Assembly (NCBI GenBank): GCA_051362555.1
Contig: CM120649.1
Span: 5,084,001 to 5,148,000, forward strand
From: Lingula anatina
Taxonomy: Eukaryota; Animalia; Brachiopoda
Direction: 5' to 3'
DNA length: 64,000 nt
Below, piece by piece: positions 37,659 to 49,651 of this stretch; position 1 is the stretch's first letter, and every line of letters starts with the position of its first letter. Below the pieces are notes generated by a model. It searched no databases and had not been told where the DNA came from. It worked only from the letters and a program-made list of their open reading frames with translations. Both the position numbers and the translations under genes were made by a program.

Positions 37659-40276
37659 GCGTCCAAAACGTCTAAAAATCAGGACCAGCATAAACACCAC
37701 CTTATTCTAATTCTATGCATTTACTCGTATTTTATGTTTTTTAGTTAGACACTCATGTTTTTTATGCTTTTGGTACATTGTAATTTTGCTTTTTGTATTT
37801 TTTTAAACAAAAGCACATGTTGAGCCCATGCGCAAGTGTCATTTTTATTTTCATATTTTTTGCAGAGTGTATCAGACAAAAGCGGTGACACAGGTATGAT
37901 AATTCCAAATGTGTTGTTTTAATATTTTAAAATCATGCCATTTTTCCTTTTAACATTTCAAATACTGTATTTTTGCATGAGTTTAAGGTACTAACTCTCG
38001 TTTTCAAGGCATTTAATGGCTTAAACCTTAAATCTGATATGATGTGAATAAATAAATAAATAAATAATCAATTGCAGCTACCGTCAACTTGGTGATGAAC
38101 CCTTCCTTTGAAAATGGCACAATTGACTACGAAGCATACTACAACTCCTTCACTCCGACCAACACGATGGCCCACACTGGGCAGTGGTCAGCAAAGGTTA
38201 ACTGTTCAGGGTCAGGTGGGGTGAAACAGCGGGTCACGTTCCCGAGCGGGTAGGTCTCATGTCACGTGATTTACTGCTCTCTGACCTTTAGGGTCGCTGT
38301 AGACTAGTCGGTTAGATGATATTCGAATTAAAAAAACCCTGTGGGATTTGAGATGATCAAGCTGTCTACTCTTATGTAGCTACCCCGCCTCTGAAAAGCT
38401 GTCCTTTTCTTTGATTTTATAAACGATAAGACTACAGCGCCTCCTGTGGTCAGGGAGTAGTGCTGTACCATGTACAGACCTAAAGGGGCAAACTAACTTT
38501 TCACGAACTTTAGCCCGGCCAGAAATTTTAGACCAATTTTTTTCTTTGTCTACTTCATTTCAAGTAAATCGATACCATGGTCTACAGTAAGCACTGCCCT
38601 GAAACACTATAGATGTCTTTCTTGTTTTAAAACAGACACAATATTTTGATACTGGTTTATCTCAGGTCAAAGTTGAGTAAACTTTTGGTCTAAAAGCCTG
38701 TGTGTGTATTTACAGAACCAGAAGCTTCACAGCTTCCTTGTGGAGTATCGCTAACGGTGTTACATTGCAAGAATCAAACGACTACTCTCTCTATGTGGAC
38801 CTCATGGTGAGTTTAAATTGTACGTTAATTAAAATCTTATATAGCAAAATCACAAAAGTATACCGCACCCAAAAGGATTGTATTCTGATAGCCCGTTTTT
38901 TACGTTTCTGTAAATTTCACATGTGACAGTAAGAATTACAAATTTAGAAGACGAAAACGAGTTTAGGCCTATACATAGTCATTTTTCAATTAGACTAAAT
39001 GGTATTGAATAGCGTTAGTACAGGAACGTTAACTATGGTGGAAAAGCTTAAATTAATGACATTTCCGGGAAAATGTACATATAGGAAAACGTGTACATAA
39101 AAGACTTATGTGCATTAGATAAATACCTATGCCTTAAAGCTAAGCACGTGCACGAGTTCCCCTTTACTGGTTATTATACCAAGTAGTATCGACCGTGTGC
39201 GCAGTAAATAAGCTATTCATAACACGCTTCGTTTCACTTAAGTGCTTGAAAATATTAATGAATCCAGTGTGTTAAAGCCATCCAATAAACAAACGTTCAA
39301 AAAATCAATGACGACATCGATTAGAAAAAGTTTACCTTAGAAGAATAATATGTGTTCTTTTTTTATTATTCTAATGCGATTTAGAAACTAACCATTTGAC
39401 AACAACGTCAGAATTATCCTTTTTACCATTTAAAAGTTAAACACAAAAGGAATATGCATTTTATTTTTGTGCCTTTTAGTTTTAGAATTGTTGTCTCTGA
39501 ATATCCGTGGTATTGTTAAAAAATCTATTTTACAAATATCACATGACAATCACACACAAAAATATTTAGACAAGAGACGACGTAGAGAGTTCAAGGTCAC
39601 TTATGATACCTTATGCACATACCACGTACCCTCTACCAGGGTCACAGATTGTTCTTTTTTTCACTAGCTATCAGGCCTACCCATCTACCAGACTCGGCAC
39701 CAAATGATCCCGAATTCACCGGTAGATCAGATGTGCGTCAGTACGCACTTCAAGTATCAGACGCGACACCGCTCTTGCCTAGTACGCGATGTGATAGTGA
39801 TGATTCTCAGCGGGGTTGGAAAGTATTGCATCACCACTCAAAACTTGTTCGGGGTATGATACTGTGAAATGCGTACTGACACACACCTTGAAAACGGGTA
39901 TTGTGGTCCGATCTACCGGTGAATTCAGGATCATTCGGTGCCGAGTCTGGTAGTTGGGAGAATCTATTCAGAGTCTATTAGCAGATTAGACGGCAAGCTT
40001 CTTAGTGGTTCATCATATTTGACCCTTGGACTAATTAGTGCACTGTTCTGAATACGGCCAATATTTCTGTTTATCTTCCATATATCCCTACAGCTCAGCA
40101 ACAACACATGGATGTGGGGAAACATCGCCAGCTTCACCCCCGGGACTTCTGCCACGTGGGAACAGCGCGTGGTGACGGTCACCTCTGAAGTGGACATGAA
40201 CTATGCTAACGTCTATGGCTTGTGTAGATATCGCTCTGGGGAGGCATACTTTGATGACCTGGTGGTCACTGTGTGA
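37010..40276 (+). CDS. Secreted PAN/Apple + CBM4/9-like protein, copy 2, 260 aa
   Basis: Exons 37010-37058, 37321-37580, 37866-37893, 38078-38249, 38716-38806, 40094-40276 = 783 nt, open, GT/AG; one-codon deletion in exon 4. Confidence 0.87.
39680..39958. mobile_element. MITE with ~50-bp TIRs (CCCA...TGGG termini) in intron 5 of copy 2
   Basis: CCCATCTACCAGACTCGGCACCAAATGATCCCGAATTCACCGGTAGATC is mirrored at 39910-39958; TSD unclear. Confidence 0.8.
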
Positions 40277-42994
40277 TGTGGTCTGCCGGTAGGTTTATGG
40301 TTGAGGCTTTTTGAACGCGGGTCAGGGCTAAATATGGACCAGGGCGCTACTGAAGACTGTCTTTTCTTTTATGATCTTTTATACCCACATCTGTATTATT
40401 TGTGCAAAGAAGTAATCTTTCTTAGCTTTAAGATTATATTTGCCCTCTAAAAGCATATTCCATTTTAAACGATTCAATGAACTGAAGGCTCAGAAGACGC
40501 AACGTTGGAGTCATCTACTGCGCGTTACATCGGCAGTTTTCTGAAGCTTTGTTCACAGGTTAGATGTTCTGAATTCACGTGTAATTATACATATGACACT
40601 CTGTTAATCATTCTCATACACATCATATTCCATCTGTCTGGATTTTAACCGGATGTTGATGTCTTGAATGTCCAATATGAATGTCTTGAATGTACATTGA
40701 AGTCGGAAAAAACGAGCCAAGGCATCAAAACATCAATATTTCCTTAGTAATTAATTTTTCTCTAATTATATTGTGATTAGTAATTGTACAATGAAATGGC
40801 TAAATCCTATCTATAGAAGAAAACCTCAATTTTGACGTGGTTGCTATGTTCTACTAAAAAGAACCTGTCATACTACATGTACCTCTGGTTTATTGACCCT
40901 TTTTCGTGTTGGGAAGTAATAAATCCATTTTAACCCCAAAAGTTCTAGTTGGTCAGTTTTTGCAGTCCTTTCTATAGGATTAAAACTCGATTTAGAGGCG
41001 ATTGCTGTGGTCTACTTCTCAGAACCTGCCATATGTACTCTGGTTTAATGAACCTCAAATATACTCACTTCAAAACCACAAGGCTCAATTTTTACTACAT
41101 CAAAAATTGTGCACTTTGTGGTTGCTGACACTTTTTCACGTAAGAAATTGTATAGCTCTACTTTTTTACATAAGATAACAAAAAATCACATCACCATTTT
41201 CTTAACATGAAGAGATCGGTGTCTTCACACACATATATATATTTTCTCTCTTGACATCATTTTGGTCGACTTTTATTTTCCTTACTTTTAATAAAAAACA
41301 AATTTTTTTCCCTTTTTTATTGAGATTCTATGTACAATCTTTTAATCGTTTTACAAACGTAATGTAATACAAAGGTACTGACAACACATGAAATAACCAC
41401 TTCCCTTTTCTTAGGATCTCTTAAACGATACCATACACTCCCCAATGTCAAATGGCTATGCTACAGAACGATTTTTGCAACAACTTTTGTTAAAGCTGAT
41501 ACAGTACTACTGGTATGTACATGGTCACTATCAAACATATCATACTTAATGTTTTAATGAGTGGGACTTTTGATTTCAATATGGACCCTCTTTTAGAAAA
41601 AAAAAAAGAGTACCAGGACTGTACGTATCAAAATGTATTAACCCCCGGACCCTAATGTTCAAACCTTGAGACCCGCAGATTTAAAAATGCAATCCGTCGG
41701 ACTGTTAGTTTTAAAAATGACGGTCCAGTGGACCCTGACATGGTGGAACTCTCTGTTACGTCACACTAGTTGCATTCAAAAGAAAGAAAAGAAACAATAG
41801 TGATATAAAATGTAGCATGAAATAAAGCACTGAACCGTTGTTTTTATCTCCTCTCTGTGTACTTGACAAGTGCATAAAGGAGTGCCGGTGACCTTGTCTG
41901 AATACTGAAAAGGAAAGTACCTAGGTAAATCCCAGGCATAGATGCATTGCATCGAATAGAAAGATCATTAGTTACGCTCTCATGAATATACACGCCGGGG
42001 TTTTTAGTCACTTTTTATTAGTTCCTTCAAAACGTTTTATGCTTTTAGTTCTGTAAAAGAACTATAACCCTAAAACGTAATTTGAATAAAACGAAGCGGT
42101 TCCGTTTCTGACGATGATGAATTCCCATGGTTGTCTTCACCCATTTCCACGACGATACGAAAACGACGAGCCACCGCTGCCAGCTCCGTCACAGTACTCG
42201 GACGTTGATGTCTTGAATATTAATTAGGCCGCTATGTCCTAAAGAAATTTACAGCACAATATCTTTTCTCCAGGAAAAGATTCTAACATATCTGCACGTT
42301 AATTCTAGATGGTATTACAAAGAGTAAAATAACTGGCTTGAAAACGTGTGGTTGCTGTGCGTTTCTGTACATTGTGTTTCTCATAATCGTCTGCCATTCA
42401 ATACAATACACCCAAAAATGAAAGCGACGCATGCAGCAAGCAGTTATCTTGTCAGCCTGCCATCGCATAAAAAGCACTTCCGTGGAAGATTTTCTGACAG
42501 CTACGAGGGTCAGAATGAAGAATAACATCACATAATGCAATTCAATTTGAAATTTTGTAGTGCCAACCCTACAGTTCTTGACTCACCTTAATCACGAGAA
42601 TGTTCTAAATCAATCTTGCTGCCAAAATATGGAGACAGGCGATAACTTGCGACCCGCCGTTGTGGCCAAGTGCCTTATAAAATAACACAGAGAACTCACT
42701 AACAGCCTAGAAAAGAGATTTACTCCGAGTTGGCTCTTATATAAAAGTTCAGCAGTACACGTTCGCCAATCAGAGCAAGTTATACAATGAACAGTTTTAC
42801 CTGTAAGTTACCAATCAGAGTAGATCACGCAATGTTACAAGAAGAGATTCAAACTTGCACACCGGACTGTACTTTACTAATAGAGACATCTACCGGTAGC
42901 AATACAAAACAATCTCAACTAACACAGCACATCGTCACACTTCTTCTCAAATGACTTTTATGTTTTATTTTTAATTTATTTGTTTTTCCTTCAG

Positions 42995-43165
42995 GCCGCC
43001 GTGTTTACCGCGGGGAGTCCTTGCAAAGATGGAGCTGTTCCTGTTCTTCGTCAGCTTGCTTCAGCAATTCTAGTTTAAAATACCCGCCGGGGAAGAGAGG
43101 CCGAGCCTAAAGACCACGTGGATTCTCGTGCGGTCTCCAGTACATTGTAAGGTTGAAGGCGCTGA
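42995..43165 (+). pseudogene. Decayed duplicate of the CYP D terminal exon
   Basis: GRRVYRGES (heme Cys->Tyr), a 1-nt deletion after GAGTCC, TCG->TAG and further deletions near the end. Confidence 0.9.
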
Positions 43166-44357
43166 TTTTCCCTGTGGTCTTGATTGATAAATAACAAATT
43201 TAAAATTATTTTGATTCAGATCTCCAAAGACAACGGTGAAAAAAAGCTTACTTGGTACAGTGCTGTCGACATATTAGCTCACTTAACCTGCGCCGTGCTG
43301 CAGTTGTTTCTGCGCCCTGTCGCGGTAACCATGGAAATTAAATTGTCGTCCATGCAGTGTTTTCTTTATTTTAACAATATAACCTTGCTTTAATGATAAT
43401 AATGAATAAAGAAATATTAGAGGTTTATCCAGCTTGTCTTTAAAAACTAAAATAGGGAAGTTGATCTGGTTTAAATATATTTGTTAAGACGAAAACTTGG
43501 GGCCCTTTAGTGCTCTATACTTGGTAGGCCTACCTGGATGCATCAATAAATTAACTATAGTTTTAAGTCACATTTAATATTTATGTACAAGAACGCCAAC
43601 CCATTGGTTAAATCAATGCGAAGACGCTTTAGGTAGCCAAGCTGAGCAGAAATAATTCTTACTAACATAAAAAAAAACTTTTTTTATTGATGCTAGTTTA
43701 AGACTTTGATTAACCAAGAGGAAGGTATTATTCGTTCCAATAAATGACTTAGAATAACAGAGCATTATTTATTTTTGGATTTTTTTTACCACCAAATATG
43801 AGTAATGCATTCAAATTTTCCCATAGTTTAATGACATGAACGTATTCGTTACCGTGTTTACGTTACATACAAAAAATCTATACATCCATTAGTCTGGGCT
43901 GCGATAGTTCACAAAAGGACTGTCACAAACATATCATACAAAGGGTTTGGAAAATCGAGCGCTGGTTAGAAGAAGAGACAAATGCGAGGTGAACCTTGGG
44001 GGGGGGGGGGAGGGGGAGGCTAATTGAGGTGACAAGGTCAAACGATTATAGACTCTAAGGTTGGTAACGAGCGCCCGCGTCACTCTACCCGACTTCAAGT
44101 TCCTTCATTATTCCGGAGAACTGAATACAACATTATTCCTTGAGTTGGTTAAGGGGGAGCCAAAGACAAGGCAGAACTTGAACAAATCTTTGCTCTTTCC
44201 AAAAGAGATAGTTTGTTCCTTATAGAGCTCAAGGCGAGATCCTTTTAAACTAATATTTACATCATGAAATTATTTATGGTTAATTTCGCCACATTCAAGT
44301 CATTTTACGTCCAGCTGGTTTATAATATGCCCGCTGCGGTATTTCCAACTGGCAAGA

Positions 44358-44969
44358 ATGAAGAAAAGTGATTTAGTAGTGTTCTTAGCATGGGGAATTG
44401 TCGCAGGTAAGTCATGTATTTACTTCAATAAAAAGACCTTTTGTCTGTAAAGACTGGTCTCCATCAGGTATTTCAATAACACCCTTGTAATTATGTCATC
44501 ATTATCAAAACCTGTAAACTGCGAATAAAAAAACAAACGTTTTTTTAAAATGTAGCTCGCATCTGAAAGTCCTTTCTTTGGTGATCTTTTTAGTTGGTTT
44601 TATACCTCTTTATTGTTCTAAAATTACCCAGAGAAATATCCCTCAAAATAAGACAGTACAGACAAGTGCAAGCCTACACCTATTAGGTACACTCGCTTTA
44701 CAGGTGTGTCTGTGGCAGGGCAGACGAGTTTCCTCCATTACAGCCGCGAAAGGGGCTACAGATACGGAGGAGAGAATGATACGCATTCAATAACAACAAG
44801 CAGTGCTACAGCGTGCGCGGTAAAGTGTTCAAAGCGGTCCGTGTGCCAGGCGTTCAACTTCAAACCAACTGCCCGCCTGTGTCAACCGTATTTAGGCTTT
44901 AATGCAAGTAATTACACCTATGGTATTTTGATGGATTCGGAGTGGGACCTGTGGGTGTCTAAGGTAGAA

Positions 44970-45021
<52 letters not shown>

Positions 45022-45093
45022 TCACGTTCTAGACGTCTGAAAACCAAGACCTGTATAAACACCATTAATTTTGCTAATTCTTCGCATTTACTC

Positions 45094-45139
<46 letters not shown>

Positions 45140-47690
45140 GCTTATTAGGTCGATACTCATACTTATGATGTTGGTACGTGGCCATTTTGCTTTCTGCATT
45201 GTTTAAACAAAACATATTACAAATCACATTAAGAGAAAGAGTACAACATTTTGGGAGTGTGGTAATACCAGGGTATTAAACAACACCTCGCCCCTAGACA
45301 ATGTTTCTATTAAACGCAGGCCCGTGGGGAGAGGGGTTCAAGGAACTCGAACGAACTGTTCCTTTTAGTCTGGAAAGGGCTCACTCTGAATAGAAAATAA
45401 ACTGAGTCCATTACATTTAATTTTATTTTTTATTTATTTTTCATTTGTTAATTAATTAATTCATTAATTCATTCATTCATTCTTTTTCAGAGTGTATCAG
45501 ACAAAAGTAGTAACACAGGTATGATGCTTTTAATTTCATACCTATTGTTTTGATGTCTGTAAATCATGTTGTTTTACTTCTTATATATATTACAAATGCT
45601 GCTTTTTTATACATCTAAGTTTAAAGCACTAAATGCACTATCCCTAAATATTTGGTAAAATATATATGTACCTCAGCTCATATGATTATTTTATAATTAT
45701 TAAAAACAATGCTTTCGAACTTTTTTCAAGTGTATATGCACAATTAAAAGTGGCGTGCTCAATTCGTATTTCTAAACAAATACATAAATAAAGAAGGTGT
45801 TGAGCAAATTAATTAATTCGTTTTAATTAATTAAGATTAATTAATGATGATCTATTATAGCCCCTGTCAACTTGGTAGCGGACCCTTCCTTTGAAACTGG
45901 GACGACTGACTTCTATCAACCATACTACAACTCCTTCACTCCGACCAACGCGATGGCCCACACTGGGCAGTGGTCAGCAAGGGTTAACTGTTCAGGGACC
46001 GGTGGGGTGAAACAGCGGGTCACGTTCCCGAGCGGGTAGGTCTCACTTTATCTGTTTTATTTCTCTCTGGCCACGAGGGGTCGCTGTACCCTAGGTTCTA
46101 GATTTCGGTATTGCCTGCTCCATCTTGATTTCACATATAACCAACATCAGCAATACCGACTCTAGCCACCACCTGCATACTAGGGGCGTGTTCGACAAAA
46201 ATATGCCTTATTATTTATTTTTCAATTAACATCTTTAATACAGTAAATTAAAATTAAATAAAGCAAAATTAAATCTGTTTTTTGTTTCATTTTTGACTAA
46301 TGACATTCAACTGCTGATTCACTGGGGAGTAAATCATTTGTTTGACGGACACTCAAAATTGCCACTATTCTTCAGAGGCACTGTAAAGCTATCACGTGGA
46401 AAGGTATAGTGAGCAATCTAGCTTTATAGTGCCCTGACACTCGGAGTAGGGTCCCTGTAGCCTAGTCGGTCGTATGATATTGAAAAAAAATGTCTTGTTA
46501 TAAAACGGAAAACAGACACAATGTTTTGTTACTGTTTTTTTTTTTAGGTCAAAGTTAAATAATGTTTATTTTAAAGTTTGTTTGCATTTATTTACAGAAC
46601 TAGATTCCTCACAGCTTCCTTGTGGAGTATCGCTAACGGCGTTACCTCGCCAGAAGCAAGCTCCTACTCTCTCTATTTGGACCTCCTGGTGAGTTTAAAA
46701 TTTGCGTTACACCTTTAAATAGCAAAATATTTCTCTCAATCATTGCATTCTCTTATGAAACCCCCTTTTTTAGTTTTAAGTCACGTTTATCATGCATAAG
46801 ACAGATAGAAGTTGGTGAATTTCACAAGTGACTGTAAGGATTACAAATTTAGAAGACGAAAACGAATTTATAGATTGTCATTTTTCAATTAGACAAAATG
46901 GTATTTTGAATAGTGTTAGTACAGGAACGTTTACCATGATAGATACCTATCAATGTAAACTTGGAAAATCTGACCGTCTTCCAGAAGACCCAGAAGACGG
47001 CCTAAATCCGCCCCTGATGGTAAAAAGGAAATTTATGAAATTTCAGGGAAAACGTACATATACGAAAACGTGTACATAAAAGACAAAAGTGCATTGTGTA
47101 TGTATACCTTTAAGCAAAGTACGTGCACGAGTTTCCCTTGTCTGGCTATTACCGGGAAGTAATCACTGTGTGTGCAGTAAAAAAGCTATTAAGGGCCCCG
47201 TAAGTCGAAAGCATCGCGTATTGCGAATAGCGATATCACATAGAGGCGACAATGTTTTATATGGGGCGAGTATGGGCGAGTTATGGAATCGAAACGCTTG
47301 CGCCCGGTTGCAATGCCCGATGCTTTCGAGTTATGGGTCCCTGATAAAACGCTTTGTCCCCCTATCGTACCTGTAGAAATCGTGTTCTAGGCAGGAAAAA
47401 ACGTGTACCAGGAGGGTACAAATCGTGTACCAGCCAAAAGATAAAATCAAATAAATTTTGAAATTATATTTGTCATAATTTCTCTTCATATATCCCTACA
47501 GCTCAGCGATGACACTTGGATGTATGGAAGAATCGCCAGATTCACCCCGGGGACTTCTGTCACGTGGGAACAGGGCGTGGTGACAGTCACCTCTGAAGTG
47601 GACATGAACTATGCTTACGTCTATGGCTTGTGTAGACATCGCACTGGGGAGGCATACTTTGATGACATGGTAGTCACTGCTAGTCCGTAA
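44358..47690 (+). CDS. Secreted PAN/Apple + CBM4/9-like protein, copy 3, 263 aa
   Basis: Exons 44358-44406, 44704-44963, 45491-45518, 45861-46035, 46598-46688, 47502-47690 = 792 nt, open, GT/AG. Confidence 0.88.
47193..47341. mobile_element. PIF/Harbinger-like MITE in intron 5 of copy 3
   Basis: TAA|GGGCCCCGTAAGTCGAAAGCATCG...CGATGCTTTCGAGTTATGGGTCCC|TGA; absent from copy 2 (~39217). Confidence 0.75.
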
Positions 47691-49645
47691 GCACTGCTAA
47701 AAAATGAACATGCTATTCCATTTTTGCGAGTGTAAAATATATTTGGAGTGTTAGGAACGCCAAATGCCCCAAAGCGAGTACTGCTCAGAAGTCAAGCAAG
47801 TCCCTTCAAAATTGTCAAGCAAGTCCCTTCAAAATTGTCAAGGTCAAATTGGCAGTATTACCGGCAATAAAGGTTTTCCTAATTGCTTAGAAGGTGCAAA
47901 TTGTTTCGAAAGGCTTAGTAATTATATGCTTTTTACTGTCGACTTACAAAATATTGGCTCATTCAGTTTGCTTAGCAGTTTTCAATATTTATTATTTTAT
48001 ATTTTAATTAAATTTATAAACAATCATTACACTTGCAATTATGGAAATGGTTTGAAACGATATTGAGGGACACCTTGAAAATTATTTTTTGCCATCTGAA
48101 AGCAAATTTCATTTTAAAAGATTCAGTGAACTGTCTGAGAACGACGCTCATATTATGTTGTTATTACTGCGCGTCACATAGGCTGCTACTTCAATCAGTC
48201 CTTTGTCTCCATCAGTGAGTGTCTATGCGACGCCGTGCTATACGATTTACTTCACCATTACTTTTTCATTTTTATAACATGCAGTTCGTTTGGTCGACGA
48301 ATGGTCTACAAATTCCATATAATTGGGTTCTTAATCTCTGTTCTCTGTAATCACGCATACATTTTTTATTTTTATTTTGTGAGCACTAGGGTTTATAAGT
48401 TAGAAGTATTGACTCAATGGTGTTATGTTTCAAAGCGTTGAAAAACGTGATAGTTGAAAAATGTAAAATACAATGGTGTTTAGTCCGCTATTGACACAAG
48501 TCTTGAAAACGCATCACTGGTACGCTTTTTATGCATGTAAATGCAGCTTAAAAAACCCGGTATTGATCTTTACGTAAAAAGTATAGAAAGGAAGATCAAA
48601 TTCCAATTCAACAGAGCTTCCTATTCATTCAATATCTCCTTTAACAAGTAAAACAGAACACGTTTTGGTGATTTTCCTGCTGTGGCTATTTGAATAAAGC
48701 CCTTTTTATCAATTTTGCGCACACAATTATAAAACCCTCGCTTGTAATGCTATTTTTAACATTTGTCATAACTTTTCTTTTAAACTACGATGTTTGCACA
48801 TTGAAAATCAATCAATTGAGGCGATTGTTCCCAGGTTATAATTAGATGTTTTGAATTCACATGTGATTATATCATAATCTGTTAATCATTTTCGTACATC
48901 TCATTCCTTCTGTATGGATTTTAACCGGACGTTGATGTCTTGAATGGCCATGTCGAAAAAACTAGTGAAGACATCAAAACATCAATATTTCTTTAGTGAT
49001 TAATTCCTCTGTAATTATATTGTGAATGTTAATTGTACAATGAAATGGTTAAATCCTTTCTATAGAAGTAAACCTCAATTTTGATGTGGTTGCTATGTTC
49101 TATTAAAAAGAACCTGTCATGCTACATGTACCTCTGGTTTATTGACCTTTCTTCGTGTTGGGAAGCAATAAAGTCCATTTTAACCCCAAAACTTCTAGTT
49201 GGCCAGTTTTTGCTGTTCTTTCTGGGGGGATAAAAACTCAATTTTGGGGTGTTAGCTGTGGTGTGTAGTACTTCCCAGAACCTGCCATACGTACTCTGAT
49301 TTATGACCCTCTTTGTACTGGGATGCAATATATTCATTTCAAAACCACAAGGCACAAATGCGCCAGTTTTTACTAGATGAAAAATGGTGCACTTTGTGGT
49401 TGCTGATACTTTTTCACTTAAAGGAATCGACTTTTCGATTATTATAACTAAAATTGTAAGTACTTTTTAAACGAGATAACGGCAAATAATTATTGGCATA
49501 AGTTCGGTCATACTTGATTATTCTTTACACGTAGAGATGTTATCTTGAATACCGTTTCGACTATCTTTCCTCTTTACATATCCATTCTGTCCGACTATTT
49601 TATTTACCCTACTTTCATCAAAAACAAAGAATATGCTTTTCCTTT

Positions 49646-49651
49646 TTTATT
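49646..49651 (-). terminator. Candidate poly(A) signal of POLR2A
   Basis: AATAAA on the minus strand ~1.5 kb after the stop, preceded on that strand by TGTA motifs; other AATAAA candidates exist nearer the stop. Confidence 0.4.

Noticed and set aside
27151-47690. Bacterial contamination as the source of the CBM-like sequence
   Set aside because: The domain is split by spliceosomal introns containing animal transposons and is contiguous with CYP and POLR2A genes.
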